Part shown: positions 1 to 9,043 of the stretch, one piece after another
Numbering within the stretch: position 1 is the stretch's first letter
Layout of the letters: each line of letters opens with the position of its first letter
NCBI GenBank assembly: GCA_039794045.1
Contig: JBAMLY010000009.1
Span: forward strand, 1-27,255
Reading direction: 5' to 3'
Source of the DNA: Candidatus Micrarchaeia archaeon
GTDB taxonomy: Archaea > Micrarchaeota > Micrarchaeia > Norongarragalinales > UBA8480
Length of the DNA: 27,255 nt
Made by a program: the position numbers and the translations under genes
The notes under the pieces: generated by a model
Seen by the model: the letters and a program-made list of their open reading frames with translations, nothing else
The model's database searches: none
Told to the model about the DNA's origin: nothing

Positions 1-2
1 CT

Positions 3-971
3 ACAGCTTGGCGTTCGCTGACTGTTCCGCCTTTCGTGAAAATCCATACTTTCCAGGAAGGAGCTGTGAACGCGATTGCAGTTTTCAAGAACCAGCTTTA
101 TGTAGGAACATACAAGAATGGCTCGATTTACCGTTCTTCGGACGGAGTCAACTGGCAAAAAGTGTTCGACGGCAACACTTATGTTCCCGCATTTGGAGGA
201 GTCTATGCTTTTGAACAATACGACAACGGTTCAGGAATGGCCTTATACGCAGGGATAGGAAGCTATTCGCTGGCCAGCGGACAGACTGCAGTAATACTCA
301 AATCATATGATGGCAGCACCTGGAACGTCGTATATAACGGAAGCGTTGGAGGAGAGAGATACATACAAGCACTCGAAGTTTACAACAATTCTCTTTATGC
401 CGTAAGCTTAGCATCTGGCGTAAGCTACATAATTTACAGTAGTGATGACAAAACATGGTGGAATGAATTAACTGAAGCAACAGGAATATTTTCACTTAAA
501 CAATTCAAGGACAAACTCTATGCTGGTGCGATGGGAGACGCAATAGCCTGGCGCAACAACACCGTGGGATGGACTGGCAATACCGGCTATGGTGTTAACG
601 TAGTTTACGCCCTCGAGCCCTTCGAAAACAAGATGCACGCAGCAGGCACGAAAATAGTTAACATATCCGACGATGCATCCTCATGGACTGATAGCTTGAC
701 CCCCTCGGATACCAACGTCCGTGGCTTGTTCAATGACGCGCATAACCAAACATTTTACGCACTTACCGCCCAGTATAAAGGACTCATTTACGGGAAGCCG
801 CAAAACAATGTCTGGACGCTCTCGTTCAACAGCACGCTCAACTATTCCCGCGCAGCTGAACTGTTCAACGCAACAGGCGACTGGCGGCTCTACGTCGGCA
901 TTGCAGGTCCGAAGTGGAACACCGTAAACGGCGGGCAAGCGTACTTGTACCGCTCTACTTTTACTTCCTAG
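3..971 (+). CDS. 5'-truncated beta-propeller protein with Asp-box/BNR-like repeats, probably secreted or surface-located
   Basis: The frame is open from the window edge (TAWRSLTVPPFVKIH...). Repeats YRSSDGVNW, LKSYDGSTW, YSSDDKTW and ISDDASSW alternate with LYVGT/LYAG beta strands. Rich in N/S/T/G/Y. Confidence 0.7.
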   Translation, partial: TAWRSLTVPPFVKIHTFQEGAVNAIAVFKNQLYVGTYKNGSIYRSSDGVNWQKVFDGNTYVPAFGGVYAFEQYDNGSGMALYAGIGSYSLASGQTAVILKSYDGSTWNVVYNGSVGGERYIQALEVYNNSLYAVSLASGVSYIIYSSDDKTWWNELTEATGIFSLKQFKDKLYAGAMGDAIAWRNNTVGWTGNTGYGVNVVYALEPFENKMHAAGTKIVNISDDASSWTDSLTPSDTNVRGLFNDAHNQTFYALTAQYKGLIYGKPQNNVWTLSFNSTLNYSRAAELFNATGDWRLYVGIAGPKWNTVNGGQAYLYRSTFTS

Positions 972-1044
972 CACAAACGCGTCAAGCCACAAAACCAGTC
1001 AAACAACCACTCAAGCAAGCCTTTCGCTTGCGTTGCCGTGAATC

Positions 1045-1059
1045 AAAAGAATTATTAAG
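1045..1059 (+). promoter_or_regulatory. Putative BRE/TATA promoter for the ftsZ operon
   Basis: Purine run followed by an AT box (AAAAGAATTATTAAG) about 90 nt upstream of the likely ftsZ start. Confidence 0.4.
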
Positions 1060-1145
1060 TTTTTCAAGCGTATTTCTTGCGTTAATTTAATGCGCCTATT
1101 TTGGAGGCCGTGCTTTTTTTTGGGGTTCGGGAGTTGGTTTTATTG

Positions 1146-2234
1146 GTGGAAGACTTCGATAAATTGTTTGGCGGCAAGAATACAGTGGTTCAGTCTGCTG
1201 GCGGTGGAATGTCGAAGGAAGATGAGGCGTTACTCGCGTTTCTTGAAAGCAGCGCGCCGAAAATAGTAGTGGTTGGAACTGGTGGAAGCGGTTCCAACAC
1301 GATAAACCGAATGCGTGAAGTAGGCATTGCTGGCGCTAAACTTATTGCGATGAATACTGACGCTCAGCACTTGCTGCGCGTGAAGGCGGACAAGAAAGTG
1401 TTGCTCGGCAAAAAAAAGACTAAGGGTTTGGGGGCTGGAAGTAATCCCGAGGTTGGAGAAGCAGCTGCTCAAGAGTCAGAAAAAGAAATAATGGAAGCAA
1501 TTGGCGAGGCCGACTTAGTGTTTATTACTGCTGGAATGGGGGGCGGCACTGGCACTGGAAGCGCCCACGTCATCGCCAAGGCAGCGAAAGCGCAGGGCGC
1601 TATAGTCATAGGAATAGTTACTATGCCGTTCACTTCAGAGGGAAGGAAGAGGATGGCGAACGCTGAAGCTGGGCTGGCGAAGTTGCGCAAGGAAGCTGAC
1701 ACGACTATAGCGATTCCGAACGACAAGCTCTTGTACTTCGTTCCCGACCTGCCTTTGAATGCGGCGTTCAAGATAGCTGACAGCATTCTCACTAACGCAG
1801 TAAAAGGAATAACTGAGTTGATTACTAAGCCGGGCTTGGTTAACTTGGATTTTGCTGATATGAGGACTATTCTAGAGCGTGGCGGCACTGCAATGATTGG
1901 CTTGGGCGAGGTAACGGCAAGCGAAGGCAAGGACCGCGTGATTGAAGCTGCCGAGAAAGCCATTTCTTCGCCGTTGCTTGACTTGGATGTGAGGGAAGCC
2001 GACCGTGCACTCATAAACATTACTGGCGCGGAGGACTTGACTCTCGGCGAAGCCGAGGCGGCAGTGAACGCCATAAGCGCCAAGATTTCAAAGGAAGCAC
2101 ACATTATTTGGGGGGCCACGATAGACAATTCAATGCAGAAGCGCAGCGTGCGCGTGCTCACCGTCCTAGCTGGAATAAAAGAGGGAAAGCCACGCGAATC
2201 GAGCGGTGAAGAAATAGACTTGGAATTCGTTTGA
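1146..2234 (+). CDS. ftsZ: Cell division protein FtsZ (FtsZ1-type context)
   Basis: GGGTGTG tubulin signature, NTDAQHL, GLGAG and the T7 loop GLVNLDFADM. GTG at 1146 (or TTG 1143) follows GGAGT; the start is uncertain. Confidence 0.97.
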   Translation: MEDFDKLFGGKNTVVQSAGGGMSKEDEALLAFLESSAPKIVVVGTGGSGSNTINRMREVGIAGAKLIAMNTDAQHLLRVKADKKVLLGKKKTKGLGAGSNPEVGEAAAQESEKEIMEAIGEADLVFITAGMGGGTGTGSAHVIAKAAKAQGAIVIGIVTMPFTSEGRKRMANAEAGLAKLRKEADTTIAIPNDKLLYFVPDLPLNAAFKIADSILTNAVKGITELITKPGLVNLDFADMRTILERGGTAMIGLGEVTASEGKDRVIEAAEKAISSPLLDLDVREADRALINITGAEDLTLGEAEAAVNAISAKISKEAHIIWGATIDNSMQKRSVRVLTVLAGIKEGKPRESSGEEIDLEFV

Positions 2235-2246
2235 AGAGGGATTGAA

Positions 2247-2468
2247 ATGTATATTCCAACGCAACAACAAGAACCACAAGAGCAAAGGAAGGGCTTGGTG
2301 GGCAAGATAAAGAACTTCGTGCAGCAAAGCGAGCGCGTCCTCAACGTGACGCACAAGCCGAAGCCAGACGAGTTCAAGCACATTGCTTTCAGCACTGCGC
2401 TTGGCATGATAGTTATTGGCTTGATTGGTTTCGCGGTATCAATGGCCGCGTTTTTCTTGAAGGGATGA
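2247..2468 (+). CDS. secE: Protein translocase subunit SecE/Sec61-gamma
   Basis: RVLNVTHKPKPDEF followed by one C-terminal TM helix (GMIVIGLIGF). Conserved position between ftsZ and spt5. Confidence 0.93.
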   Translation: MYIPTQQQEPQEQRKGLVGKIKNFVQQSERVLNVTHKPKPDEFKHIAFSTALGMIVIGLIGFAVSMAAFFLKG

Positions 2469-2472
2469 TGGA

Positions 2473-2901
2473 ATGCTTTACGTGTACAGAGTAACCGCGG
2501 GACAGGAAGCAATAGTTGCAGACTTGCTTTACAAGAAGATTTTGAAGCTCAAGTCTCCAGTGAGCGCCATACTTGTGTCGCCGCGCTTGCGCGGCTACGT
2601 GATGGTGGAAAGCAATGACGAGATCGCGGCAAAGCAGTTGATTAACAACGTGCCTCACGTGAAAGGAGTTCTAGCAAAGTCAATGAATGTAAGCGAAGTC
2701 AAAGAGCTCTTGGAGAGCAAGCCACAAGAAATAGTGTTGAACAAAGGCGACTTGATAGAAATCGTTAGCGGGCCTTTTAAGGGAGAGCGCGCTAAAGTAG
2801 TGCGTTTGGAGAAAGAGGACGTGACCGTTGAACTCGTTGAAGTTGCAGTCCCGATTCCCGTCACAATAAAGGCAAGTGCCGTGAAGCTCGTTCCGCAATA
2901 A
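2473..2901 (+). CDS. spt5: Transcription elongation factor Spt5/NusG
   Basis: NGN domain (VTAGQE, RGYVMVE) and KOW motif GDLIEIVSGPFKGERAKV. Confidence 0.96.
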   Translation: MLYVYRVTAGQEAIVADLLYKKILKLKSPVSAILVSPRLRGYVMVESNDEIAAKQLINNVPHVKGVLAKSMNVSEVKELLESKPQEIVLNKGDLIEIVSGPFKGERAKVVRLEKEDVTVELVEVAVPIPVTIKASAVKLVPQ

Positions 2902-2935
2902 GATTTCGTTGTTCAATAGAAAGGGTGTGTTTTGA

Positions 2936-3427
2936 ATGGCTAAAGTGACTGTTTCAGCGCTCATTGAAGGCGGGAAGGCCACGCCTGCGCCGCCGCTTGG
3001 CCCCTCTCTTGCGCCGCTTGGAGTCAACGTGGGACAAATCATTTCGGCCCTCAACGAGAAGACTAAAGCGTTTGCTGGAATGAGTGTTCCAGTTAAAGTC
3101 ATAGTCGAAAAAAACGACAAGAGCTTCGAGATAGAGGTCGGCACTCCGCCGGCGAGCGCACTCATAAAGAGCGAGCTCGGAATAAAAGAGCCGGTTAAAG
3201 AGGAAGCAGGAGTCAAGGGAAAAAAGGTCATAGGCAACTTGTCAATAGAGCAAGTGGTAAAGATAGCGAAAATGAAGGAGAGCGCGAGCCTCGCACGAAA
3301 CTTGAAGGCAAGCGTCAAGGAAGTGATTGGGACTTGCCTTAGTCTCGGCGTCACCGTCGAAGGAAAGAACGCGAAGGAAGCGCTGAAGGAAGTAGAGGCT
3401 GGAAAGTGGGACTCTAAAATACATTAG
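2936..3427 (+). CDS. rpl11: 50S ribosomal protein uL11
   Basis: GGKATPAPPLGPSL, VGTPPASALIK, VIGTCLSLGV. Confidence 0.98.
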   Translation: MAKVTVSALIEGGKATPAPPLGPSLAPLGVNVGQIISALNEKTKAFAGMSVPVKVIVEKNDKSFEIEVGTPPASALIKSELGIKEPVKEEAGVKGKKVIGNLSIEQVVKIAKMKESASLARNLKASVKEVIGTCLSLGVTVEGKNAKEALKEVEAGKWDSKIH

Positions 3428-4333
3428 TCAGCCTTCCTGGCACTCTCCGCAGGCTATAGAGCAAGAGTCTTTGTCGCCGCACGCGTTGCCTCCCAAATCC
3501 ATTGTGTTGCCGAGGTTACACACTAAGTCATGGGCGTTGCCGCAGAAACTGGTTCCCTTAAACGAGTTCACTTGAATTGAGCCCGCGTTGTTGAATAGGC
3601 CTTGATTGTTTGCGTTGAAAACGCAGTTTGAGAAATTGTTTAAAGTGGTTCCACTGTCTAAGTAGAGGCCTGCGTCCTTATTGTGGCTGGCGCGCACGTT
3701 GCCAAAGGAATTGCGCAACCCAAAAACCCAGACTCCTTCCGTGTTGTAGTTGAATTCGCTGTCTACTACGATGTTGTCGTTGGATTCTACTTGCAAGCCG
3801 GCAACGAAATTTGTTGCGACGCAGTTTTTAACTACTGCGTGGCTTCCCTGGCGCAAGTAAATTCCTGCTCCTCTGCCGTCGCCGACTAGCGCGTGCTTGC
3901 CGCAGTCTAGTTCGACGTAGTCCGCGTCCACTGCAATGCATTCCGTTTTGCCTCCGGCAGCAGAAAATGAAATGTTGGAAGCCAAGTAATACTTAGCTGG
4001 AAGTGATGGAGTGCCGCCCCTACTTATTTGCGTGCAGGTGCTCAACGGCGTTCCCGCAAAAATTTTGGGGGAAGGCTGCAGGAGAGGAGAAGGTGTTGGC
4101 GACGCGATTGCTTGATTTCTAGTTTCAAGGAATGGCGTCGGCTCGAAGGAAGGCGCAGGAGTAGCTTGCGGAGCAGTCACTTGAGGAACTTGCTCGAAGA
4201 GAAGGAAAGCTAAAGCAATCGCTAAAGCAATGCCTACCACGCCATCCATTGCCCAGCGCTCCATTTCAGCTAACTCTATTTCGCGCTCTAAAACCGTTTT
4301 CTGCTTTTTTTGTTTTGTTTTGCTGGCAGGCAA
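3428..4333 (-). CDS. Membrane-anchored right-handed parallel beta-helix (CASH/NosD-like) protein
   Basis: N-terminal TM segment, P/T/S linker, then PbH1-like repeats (GIYL..VVKNC, GLQVESNDN, GLYLDSG) and paired Cys. Likely start is TTG at 4333 after a GGTGG SD, rather than 4420. Confidence 0.75.
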   Translation of the reverse strand: MPASKTKQKKQKTVLEREIELAEMERWAMDGVVGIALAIALAFLLFEQVPQVTAPQATPAPSFEPTPFLETRNQAIASPTPSPLLQPSPKIFAGTPLSTCTQISRGGTPSLPAKYYLASNISFSAAGGKTECIAVDADYVELDCGKHALVGDGRGAGIYLRQGSHAVVKNCVATNFVAGLQVESNDNIVVDSEFNYNTEGVWVFGLRNSFGNVRASHNKDAGLYLDSGTTLNNFSNCVFNANNQGLFNNAGSIQVNSFKGTSFCGNAHDLVCNLGNTMDLGGNACGDKDSCSIACGECQEG

Positions 4334-4395
4334 GAAAAACCACCGCAAGCGCTTAAAACACGCTAATAAAAAAGCTTTCCTGGAGGAGGGCAGGA

Positions 4396-4408
4396 CAAGG
4401 TTTTTATT
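4396..4408 (+). promoter_or_regulatory. Putative TATA promoter of the rpl1-rplP0-rpl12 operon
   Basis: CAAGGTTTTTATT lies about 25 nt upstream of the structured leader. A divergent TTTTTTATTA box on the minus strand at ~4366-4375 could serve the beta-helix gene. Confidence 0.45.
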
Positions 4409-4427
4409 GGTTTCCGCCAAAAATTAT

Positions 4428-4539
4428 TGCACTGGTTTTCCCGTTGCACTAATCCGCGTGGATTAGGAGGGAATTGCTGCAAAGCGCAGCTTTTCAGGAA
4501 GGAAAGCCTTGTACGAGAATAATGCAAGAGTGAGTTTGA
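4428..4539 (+). promoter_or_regulatory. Structured 5' leader of rpl1 (candidate autoregulatory RNA)
   Basis: GGTTTTCC(4434-41) pairs with GGAAAGCC(4501-08). It encloses hairpins CTAATCC/GGATTAG (4449-66) and GCTGC/GCAGC (4476-90). Confidence 0.5.
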
Positions 4540-5172
4540 TTGACTTTAGACCGCAAGAAAATAGAAAAGGCAGTTGAAGCCGCGTTAGCGCAGAAAAGCG
4601 AGAGGAAATTCAAGCAAAGCATTGACTTGGCAGTAAACTTTCGCGACATTGACTTCAAGAAGCCGGAAAACCGCATTAACTTGGACGTCGTGCTGCCCCA
4701 CCCTCCAAAGGAAGTTAAGGTAGCGGTTTTCGCGGACGGGCAACTCGCTTTGGACGCTAAGAAAGTGGCTGACTTAGTGATAAGCGGCGCTGAAATCCCG
4801 GGCTTCGCTTCAGACAAAGCAAAACAAAAGCAGTTGCTTTCTTACTCTTTGCTTGCTTCGACGCAGTTGATGCCAGTGGTAGCGAAGAACTTGGGCCAGT
4901 TTCTTGGCACTAAAGGAAAAGTGCCTAAGCCAATACTGCCTAACGCTAACTTGGCGGAGCTAGTCAAGAAAACCAAGCAGTCTATCACGGTAAAAAACAA
5001 GGGCAAGTTCCTGCCCTGCGTTCACTGCCTCATTGGAAGAGAAGACATGAGCAAGGAACAAATAACTGACAATGCTTTCGCGGTACTGGAAGCGATAACG
5101 CATAAAGTGCCGGAATCCCAGGTTGCTTCGGTTTACATTAAGTCCACGATGGGCAAGCCCGCAAAAGTGTGA
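4540..5172 (+). CDS. rpl1: 50S ribosomal protein uL1
   Basis: RKFKQSIDLAVNF, LPH, LGQFLGTKGKVP, YIKSTMG. TTG start. Confidence 0.97.
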   Translation: MTLDRKKIEKAVEAALAQKSERKFKQSIDLAVNFRDIDFKKPENRINLDVVLPHPPKEVKVAVFADGQLALDAKKVADLVISGAEIPGFASDKAKQKQLLSYSLLASTQLMPVVAKNLGQFLGTKGKVPKPILPNANLAELVKKTKQSITVKNKGKFLPCVHCLIGREDMSKEQITDNAFAVLEAITHKVPESQVASVYIKSTMGKPAKV

Positions 5173-5178
5173 TTTCAA

Positions 5179-6015
5179 ATGATTACCAGGCAAGAAAAAC
5201 AGGAATTCGTTGAAAAAGTCAAGGCGGACTTGAAGAAGTACAAGGTTGCCGCAATAGTATCAATAAAGGGCCTCAAGAGCAGCCAGTACAACGCAATAAA
5301 GAAAAAAATTCGGGGCGACGCGGTCATTGAAGTTGGGAGAAAAACTCTTTTGACTCGCGCCCTCAACGAAGCAAGGCCGGAACTCAAGGAACTCGAAGGA
5401 TTCATGAGCGAAGCCGAATTGCTTCTCTTGACTGACTTGCCGGCCTTCAAGATATTTAAGTTGTTGAAGCAGAACAAGAGCAAGACTTTTGCGAAAGCAG
5501 GGCAAACCGCAAACAACGACATAATAGTTCCCGCCGGAGAAACCAACCTCGCTCCTGGCCCCGTACTCACTGAGTTAAAGCAAGCCAAGATAGACGCAAA
5601 AATACAGGGACCAAAAATAGTCATCAACAAGGACTGCGTCGTCGCAAGAAAAGGCGAGGTGATCTCGCCCGCCGTCGCGAGCGTGCTCTCCAAACTAGAC
5701 ATCAAGCCATTCGAGGTAGGAATAGAAGTCAAGGCAGTCTGGGAAAACGGCGTGATATTCACTCCAGACATTTTAGACGTGGACGAGGAATGGTATCGCT
5801 CGGCGATAGCGCGCGCGCACAACGAGTCAGTTGCCGTGGCGCTGGCAGCGCAGTACTTCACGCCGCAAGCAATGCCTGCCGCCATAACTAAAGCAGAACT
5901 TCAAGCGAAAGCGATAGCTGCGCACGTGAAAGCCGAGGACAACGAGAAAAAAGTTGAAGCGCAGCCGGAAGCGCAAGCGCCTCCAGCAGCGCCCGAAAAC
6001 CCGGCAACCCAGTAA
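5179..6015 (+). CDS. rpl10: 50S ribosomal protein uL10/P0
   Basis: A(N)NDIIVPAGETNLAPGP domain II, LSKLDIKP and stalk helices. Follows rpl1. Confidence 0.96.
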   Translation: MITRQEKQEFVEKVKADLKKYKVAAIVSIKGLKSSQYNAIKKKIRGDAVIEVGRKTLLTRALNEARPELKELEGFMSEAELLLLTDLPAFKIFKLLKQNKSKTFAKAGQTANNDIIVPAGETNLAPGPVLTELKQAKIDAKIQGPKIVINKDCVVARKGEVISPAVASVLSKLDIKPFEVGIEVKAVWENGVIFTPDILDVDEEWYRSAIARAHNESVAVALAAQYFTPQAMPAAITKAELQAKAIAAHVKAEDNEKKVEAQPEAQAPPAAPENPATQ

Positions 6016-6065
6016 AATCTTTCTTGATTTTTTGCGTTCCAAAAAAAATTTTGAGGGTGTAAAAA

Positions 6066-6362
6066 ATGGAGTACGTTTATGCAGCAATGTTGTTGAATGA
6101 AGCAAAACAGCCAATAAACGAGGAAAACGTCAAGAAAGTCCTCGTGGCTGCCGGCGTCAACGTCAACGATGCCAAAGTAAAAGCTCTCGTGAGCTCACTA
6201 GAAGGAATAAACATTGACGAGGAAAAGAAGAAGGCCGTAGTCGCGGCAGCTCCTTCAGTTGAAGCCACTCCTCAAAAGAAGGAAGAAAAGAAAGAGGAAG
6301 GCCCAAGCGAGGAACAAAAGGAAGCGCAAGCCGCTGAAGGCCTCGCGGCCTTGTTCGGCTGA
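6066..6362 (+). CDS. rpl12: Ribosomal stalk protein P1/L12
   Basis: [11 protein letters not shown]-terminus, A/E/K-rich hinge and C-terminal EGLAALFG. Confidence 0.97.
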   Translation: MEYVYAAMLLNEAKQPINEENVKKVLVAAGVNVNDAKVKALVSSLEGINIDEEKKKAVVAAAPSVEATPQKKEEKKEEGPSEEQKEAQAAEGLAALFG

Positions 6363-6371
6363 ACATTTCCT

Positions 6372-6425
6372 CGCTCTCTTTTTTTTCCTCTTCTTTTTTA
6401 TTTCATTTCTTATTTCATTTGCTTT
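6372..6425 (+). terminator. Oligo-T archaeal terminator after the ribosomal operon
   Basis: Long T/C tract (CTCTTTTTTTTCCTCTTCTTTTTTATTTC) right after the rpl12 stop. Confidence 0.6.
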
Positions 6426-6436
6426 GAAGTGATTAA

Positions 6437-7174
6437 ATGGAGGCACTGCTTTCCCTGGCAAGCGTTGCAGTCGTGAGCCTCGTTTCTTTTGCTGGCGCGG
6501 CAACGCTTGTGTTGAACAAGAATTCGTTGCAGAAAACATTGTTGGTGCTAGTCAGTTTTTCGGCTGGTGCTTTGTTCGGGGACGCCTTCCTTCACTTGAT
6601 TCCCGACTTGCTGGAAAGCAGTTACGCGTGCGCTGAACTGTCAGTCCTCGCAGGAATAGTTTTGTTTTTTGTCATGGAAAAGTTCTTGCGTTGGCGTCAC
6701 TGCCACGTGCTCACTAGCGCGCAACACACGCACCCAGTCGCGTTCATTAACTTAGTGGGAGATGCGACGCACAACTTTTTTGACGGCGCAGTCATTGCAG
6801 GCAGCTTTCTTGCCTCCGTTCCCCTCGGCGTTGCGACGACTGTTGCCGTGGTACTCCACGAAATCCCGCAAGAGCTCGGCGACTTCGGCGTGCTCGTGCA
6901 CGCTGGCTTTAAGCCAGAGAAAGCATTGTTCTACAATTTTTTGAGTGCTTTGACTGCTTTCGCGGGCTGCGTTGCAGTGCTTGTTCTGGGAAGCATTTCC
7001 CCTCAAGTTAGCACGCTCCTCATCGGCGTCACGGCCGGCGGATTCATCTATATTGCTGGCTCGGACTTGATTCCCGAGCTCCACAAGGAAGCGCCGCTCA
7101 AGAAGTCAGTAGTGCAACTCGCGGCCATGCTTGCGGGAATGCTTGTAATGCAGGCCTTGCTTTTCCTGGAGTGA
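6437..7174 (+). CDS. ZIP family zinc/divalent metal transporter
   Basis: HNFFDG and HEIPQELGD transport motifs, His-rich loop (RHCH..QHTH), DLIPELH, about 8 TM helices. Confidence 0.95.
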   Translation: MEALLSLASVAVVSLVSFAGAATLVLNKNSLQKTLLVLVSFSAGALFGDAFLHLIPDLLESSYACAELSVLAGIVLFFVMEKFLRWRHCHVLTSAQHTHPVAFINLVGDATHNFFDGAVIAGSFLASVPLGVATTVAVVLHEIPQELGDFGVLVHAGFKPEKALFYNFLSALTAFAGCVAVLVLGSISPQVSTLLIGVTAGGFIYIAGSDLIPELHKEAPLKKSVVQLAAMLAGMLVMQALLFLE

Positions 7175-8106
7175 AGCAAATGAGTTTGCTGTCTTCAGCT
7201 AAGAAAATACTTGAAGAAAACTTGAAGGCAACACAAAAAGACCGCGTGGTAGTGCTTTTCGATGGCGCGCAACCACGAATTGCTGGAGCTTTCGTGGCGG
7301 CTTGCCGAGAGAAAGGAATTTCTTGTAGGCTCCAGCGAATTCCGGGAAACCGTCTTCCCAGCAGCCCTATTCCGGGGGCTAGGAAGGCGCTGGAGTGGGC
7401 TACGGTGCTCGTCGCGCCGACTAGGAACAGCGTCACGCACTCAAGGGAAGTAGTGGAAGCTGCTGCGAGGGGACTGCGAGGGGTAACAATTCCGGGCGTT
7501 ACCGCAAAAGTTTTTTCGGCTATCGCGCGAGCCGACGACAAGCAAATAAGAGAAGCCAACGCCCGCGTGTTGAAGGCAATGCGTTCAGCGAGTTGGGCGC
7601 GCGTGAAAACCCCGTCGGGCAGTGACTTCGTCGTGCGCTATGGCGGCAGGCACATTGGGGTTAATGGAACGGATTTTTCCAGGCGGGGGACTGTAAGCAA
7701 CTTGCCTGCAGGAGAAGTGTTCGTTGCGCCACTCGAGCGCGGCTCAGACGGCGTGGTGAGCGTGGACTACTACGCCGGACTTATAAAACCTGGCGACAAT
7801 GCGTTGTTGCGCGTAGAGAAAGGAAGAATTGTTGGGTGGAGCAAGGGAGCGGAACCGCTCGCCAAGAAACTGCTTCGAGCGGGCGGCAACTCAATGGTTT
7901 TGTGCGAGTTTGCTTTAGGGACTAACAAAGCCCACGAAAAGCCGGTTGGCAACGTGCTTTACGACGAGAAAGTGTGGGGCACGGTGCACGTGGCGTTCGG
8001 GCAAAACACTGGGTTCGGAGGCAAGAACGAGGCAGGCGCTCACGAGGACGTAGTTCTTGCGAGGCCTTCTGTGTGGTTTGGAGGCAAAAAGTTTTCTTGG
8101 AAGTAA
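7171..8106 (+). CDS. Thermophilic metallo-aminopeptidase (M29-like)
   Basis: NLPAGEVF, EFALGTN, DEKVWGTVHVAFG and HED metal ligands. GTGA overlap with the ZIP gene. Confidence 0.88.
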   Translation: MKQMSLLSSAKKILEENLKATQKDRVVVLFDGAQPRIAGAFVAACREKGISCRLQRIPGNRLPSSPIPGARKALEWATVLVAPTRNSVTHSREVVEAAARGLRGVTIPGVTAKVFSAIARADDKQIREANARVLKAMRSASWARVKTPSGSDFVVRYGGRHIGVNGTDFSRRGTVSNLPAGEVFVAPLERGSDGVVSVDYYAGLIKPGDNALLRVEKGRIVGWSKGAEPLAKKLLRAGGNSMVLCEFALGTNKAHEKPVGNVLYDEKVWGTVHVAFGQNTGFGGKNEAGAHEDVVLARPSVWFGGKKFSWK

Positions 8107-8110
8107 TTGC

Positions 8111-8323
8111 ATGAAAATTAGTTGGAGCGAGTGGAGGCCAGTGCGGCCCACAGATTTTTTGTGTGGCTTGACTGCCCTGCTTTTCTTGGTGCTGGCTTTC
8201 TTTTTGTTTGGCGGGGCGAACTTGTTTTACTCGCTTGACCCATTGCTTGCAGTGCTGGGCTTTCTTTTCGAGGGCGTGCTTTACTTCGTGTTGGACTCGT
8301 ATTTCGGCGAATTTTGGGGCTAG
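8111..8323 (+). CDS. Small two-TM membrane protein (70 aa), unknown function
   Basis: ATG 4 nt after the aminopeptidase stop. Two hydrophobic segments; fills the gap. Confidence 0.55.
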   Translation: MKISWSEWRPVRPTDFLCGLTALLFLVLAFFLFGGANLFYSLDPLLAVLGFLFEGVLYFVLDSYFGEFWG

Positions 8324-8359
8324 AAACAACATAAAAAGGCGGCGCTCCACAATAATTTC

Positions 8360-9043
8360 ATGTTCAAAATAGAGTACGCAAAAGCGACTCACAAGGGAAG
8401 CGTGCGAGAAAAAAACGAGGACAGAGTGCGCGTCATAAAGTCAAAGAAGTTGTTCTTGGTCGCGGACGGGTTGGGCGCGCCGGGGAGGGGCGACGTGGCA
8501 AGCAGTACTGCTGTGGAAGTCGCATCAAAAAAATTTGATCCAAGCCAGCCCGCCAGTTTTTACAGGATGTTTCGTCACGCGCACGAAGCGGTTTTCGAGG
8601 GAAACAAGGGTATAGCTAATCCTGCAAAGTTCATGGGAACTACTCTAGCGGCGCTGCACTTTTCGCCGAATGGAAAAGTATTATTCGGCAACGTGGGCGA
8701 CTCACGCATTTACATCAAGCGCGGCAACCGCTTGGTGATGCTCAGCGAAGACCACTTGGACCCATTGGACCGATGCTTGACTCAAACGATTGGGGGGCAA
8801 AAAGAGGCTCCAACTCCCAAGTTTCGCGAGCTTTACGCGAAGCATGGTGACGTGTTCTTGTTGTGCAGCGACGGGCTCACCAACCAAGTCTCAGAAAAAG
8901 AAATAAATGAAATAATTTCAAGGAATAGTTTGGGGAAAGCCGTGCGGGAACTCGTAAAGCGCGCTAACGCGCACGGTGGCTACGACAACGTTTCAGTGGC
9001 GTTAATCAAGTTCCGCGAAGAAAAAGCGAGGCGGGAAAAATGA
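8360..9043 (+). CDS. PP2C/PPM family Ser/Thr protein phosphatase
   Basis: REKNED, VADG, MGTT, NVGDSRIY, LCSDGL and DNVS motifs are all present. Confidence 0.95.
   Translation: MFKIEYAKATHKGSVREKNEDRVRVIKSKKLFLVADGLGAPGRGDVASSTAVEVASKKFDPSQPASFYRMFRHAHEAVFEGNKGIANPAKFMGTTLAALHFSPNGKVLFGNVGDSRIYIKRGNRLVMLSEDHLDPLDRCLTQTIGGQKEAPTPKFRELYAKHGDVFLLCSDGLTNQVSEKEINEIISRNSLGKAVRELVKRANAHGGYDNVSVALIKFREEKARREK

Noticed and set aside
1469..2512. 347-aa minus-strand ORF and similar long antisense ORFs (2680-3354, 5175-5885, 19603-20328, 25599-26147)
   Set aside because: Shadows of well-supported genes on the other strand, with no recognisable motifs.
4428..4530. tRNA or SRP RNA in the rpl1 upstream region
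   Set aside because: No T-loop GTTCRA, no cloverleaf spacing, and too short for archaeal SRP RNA.
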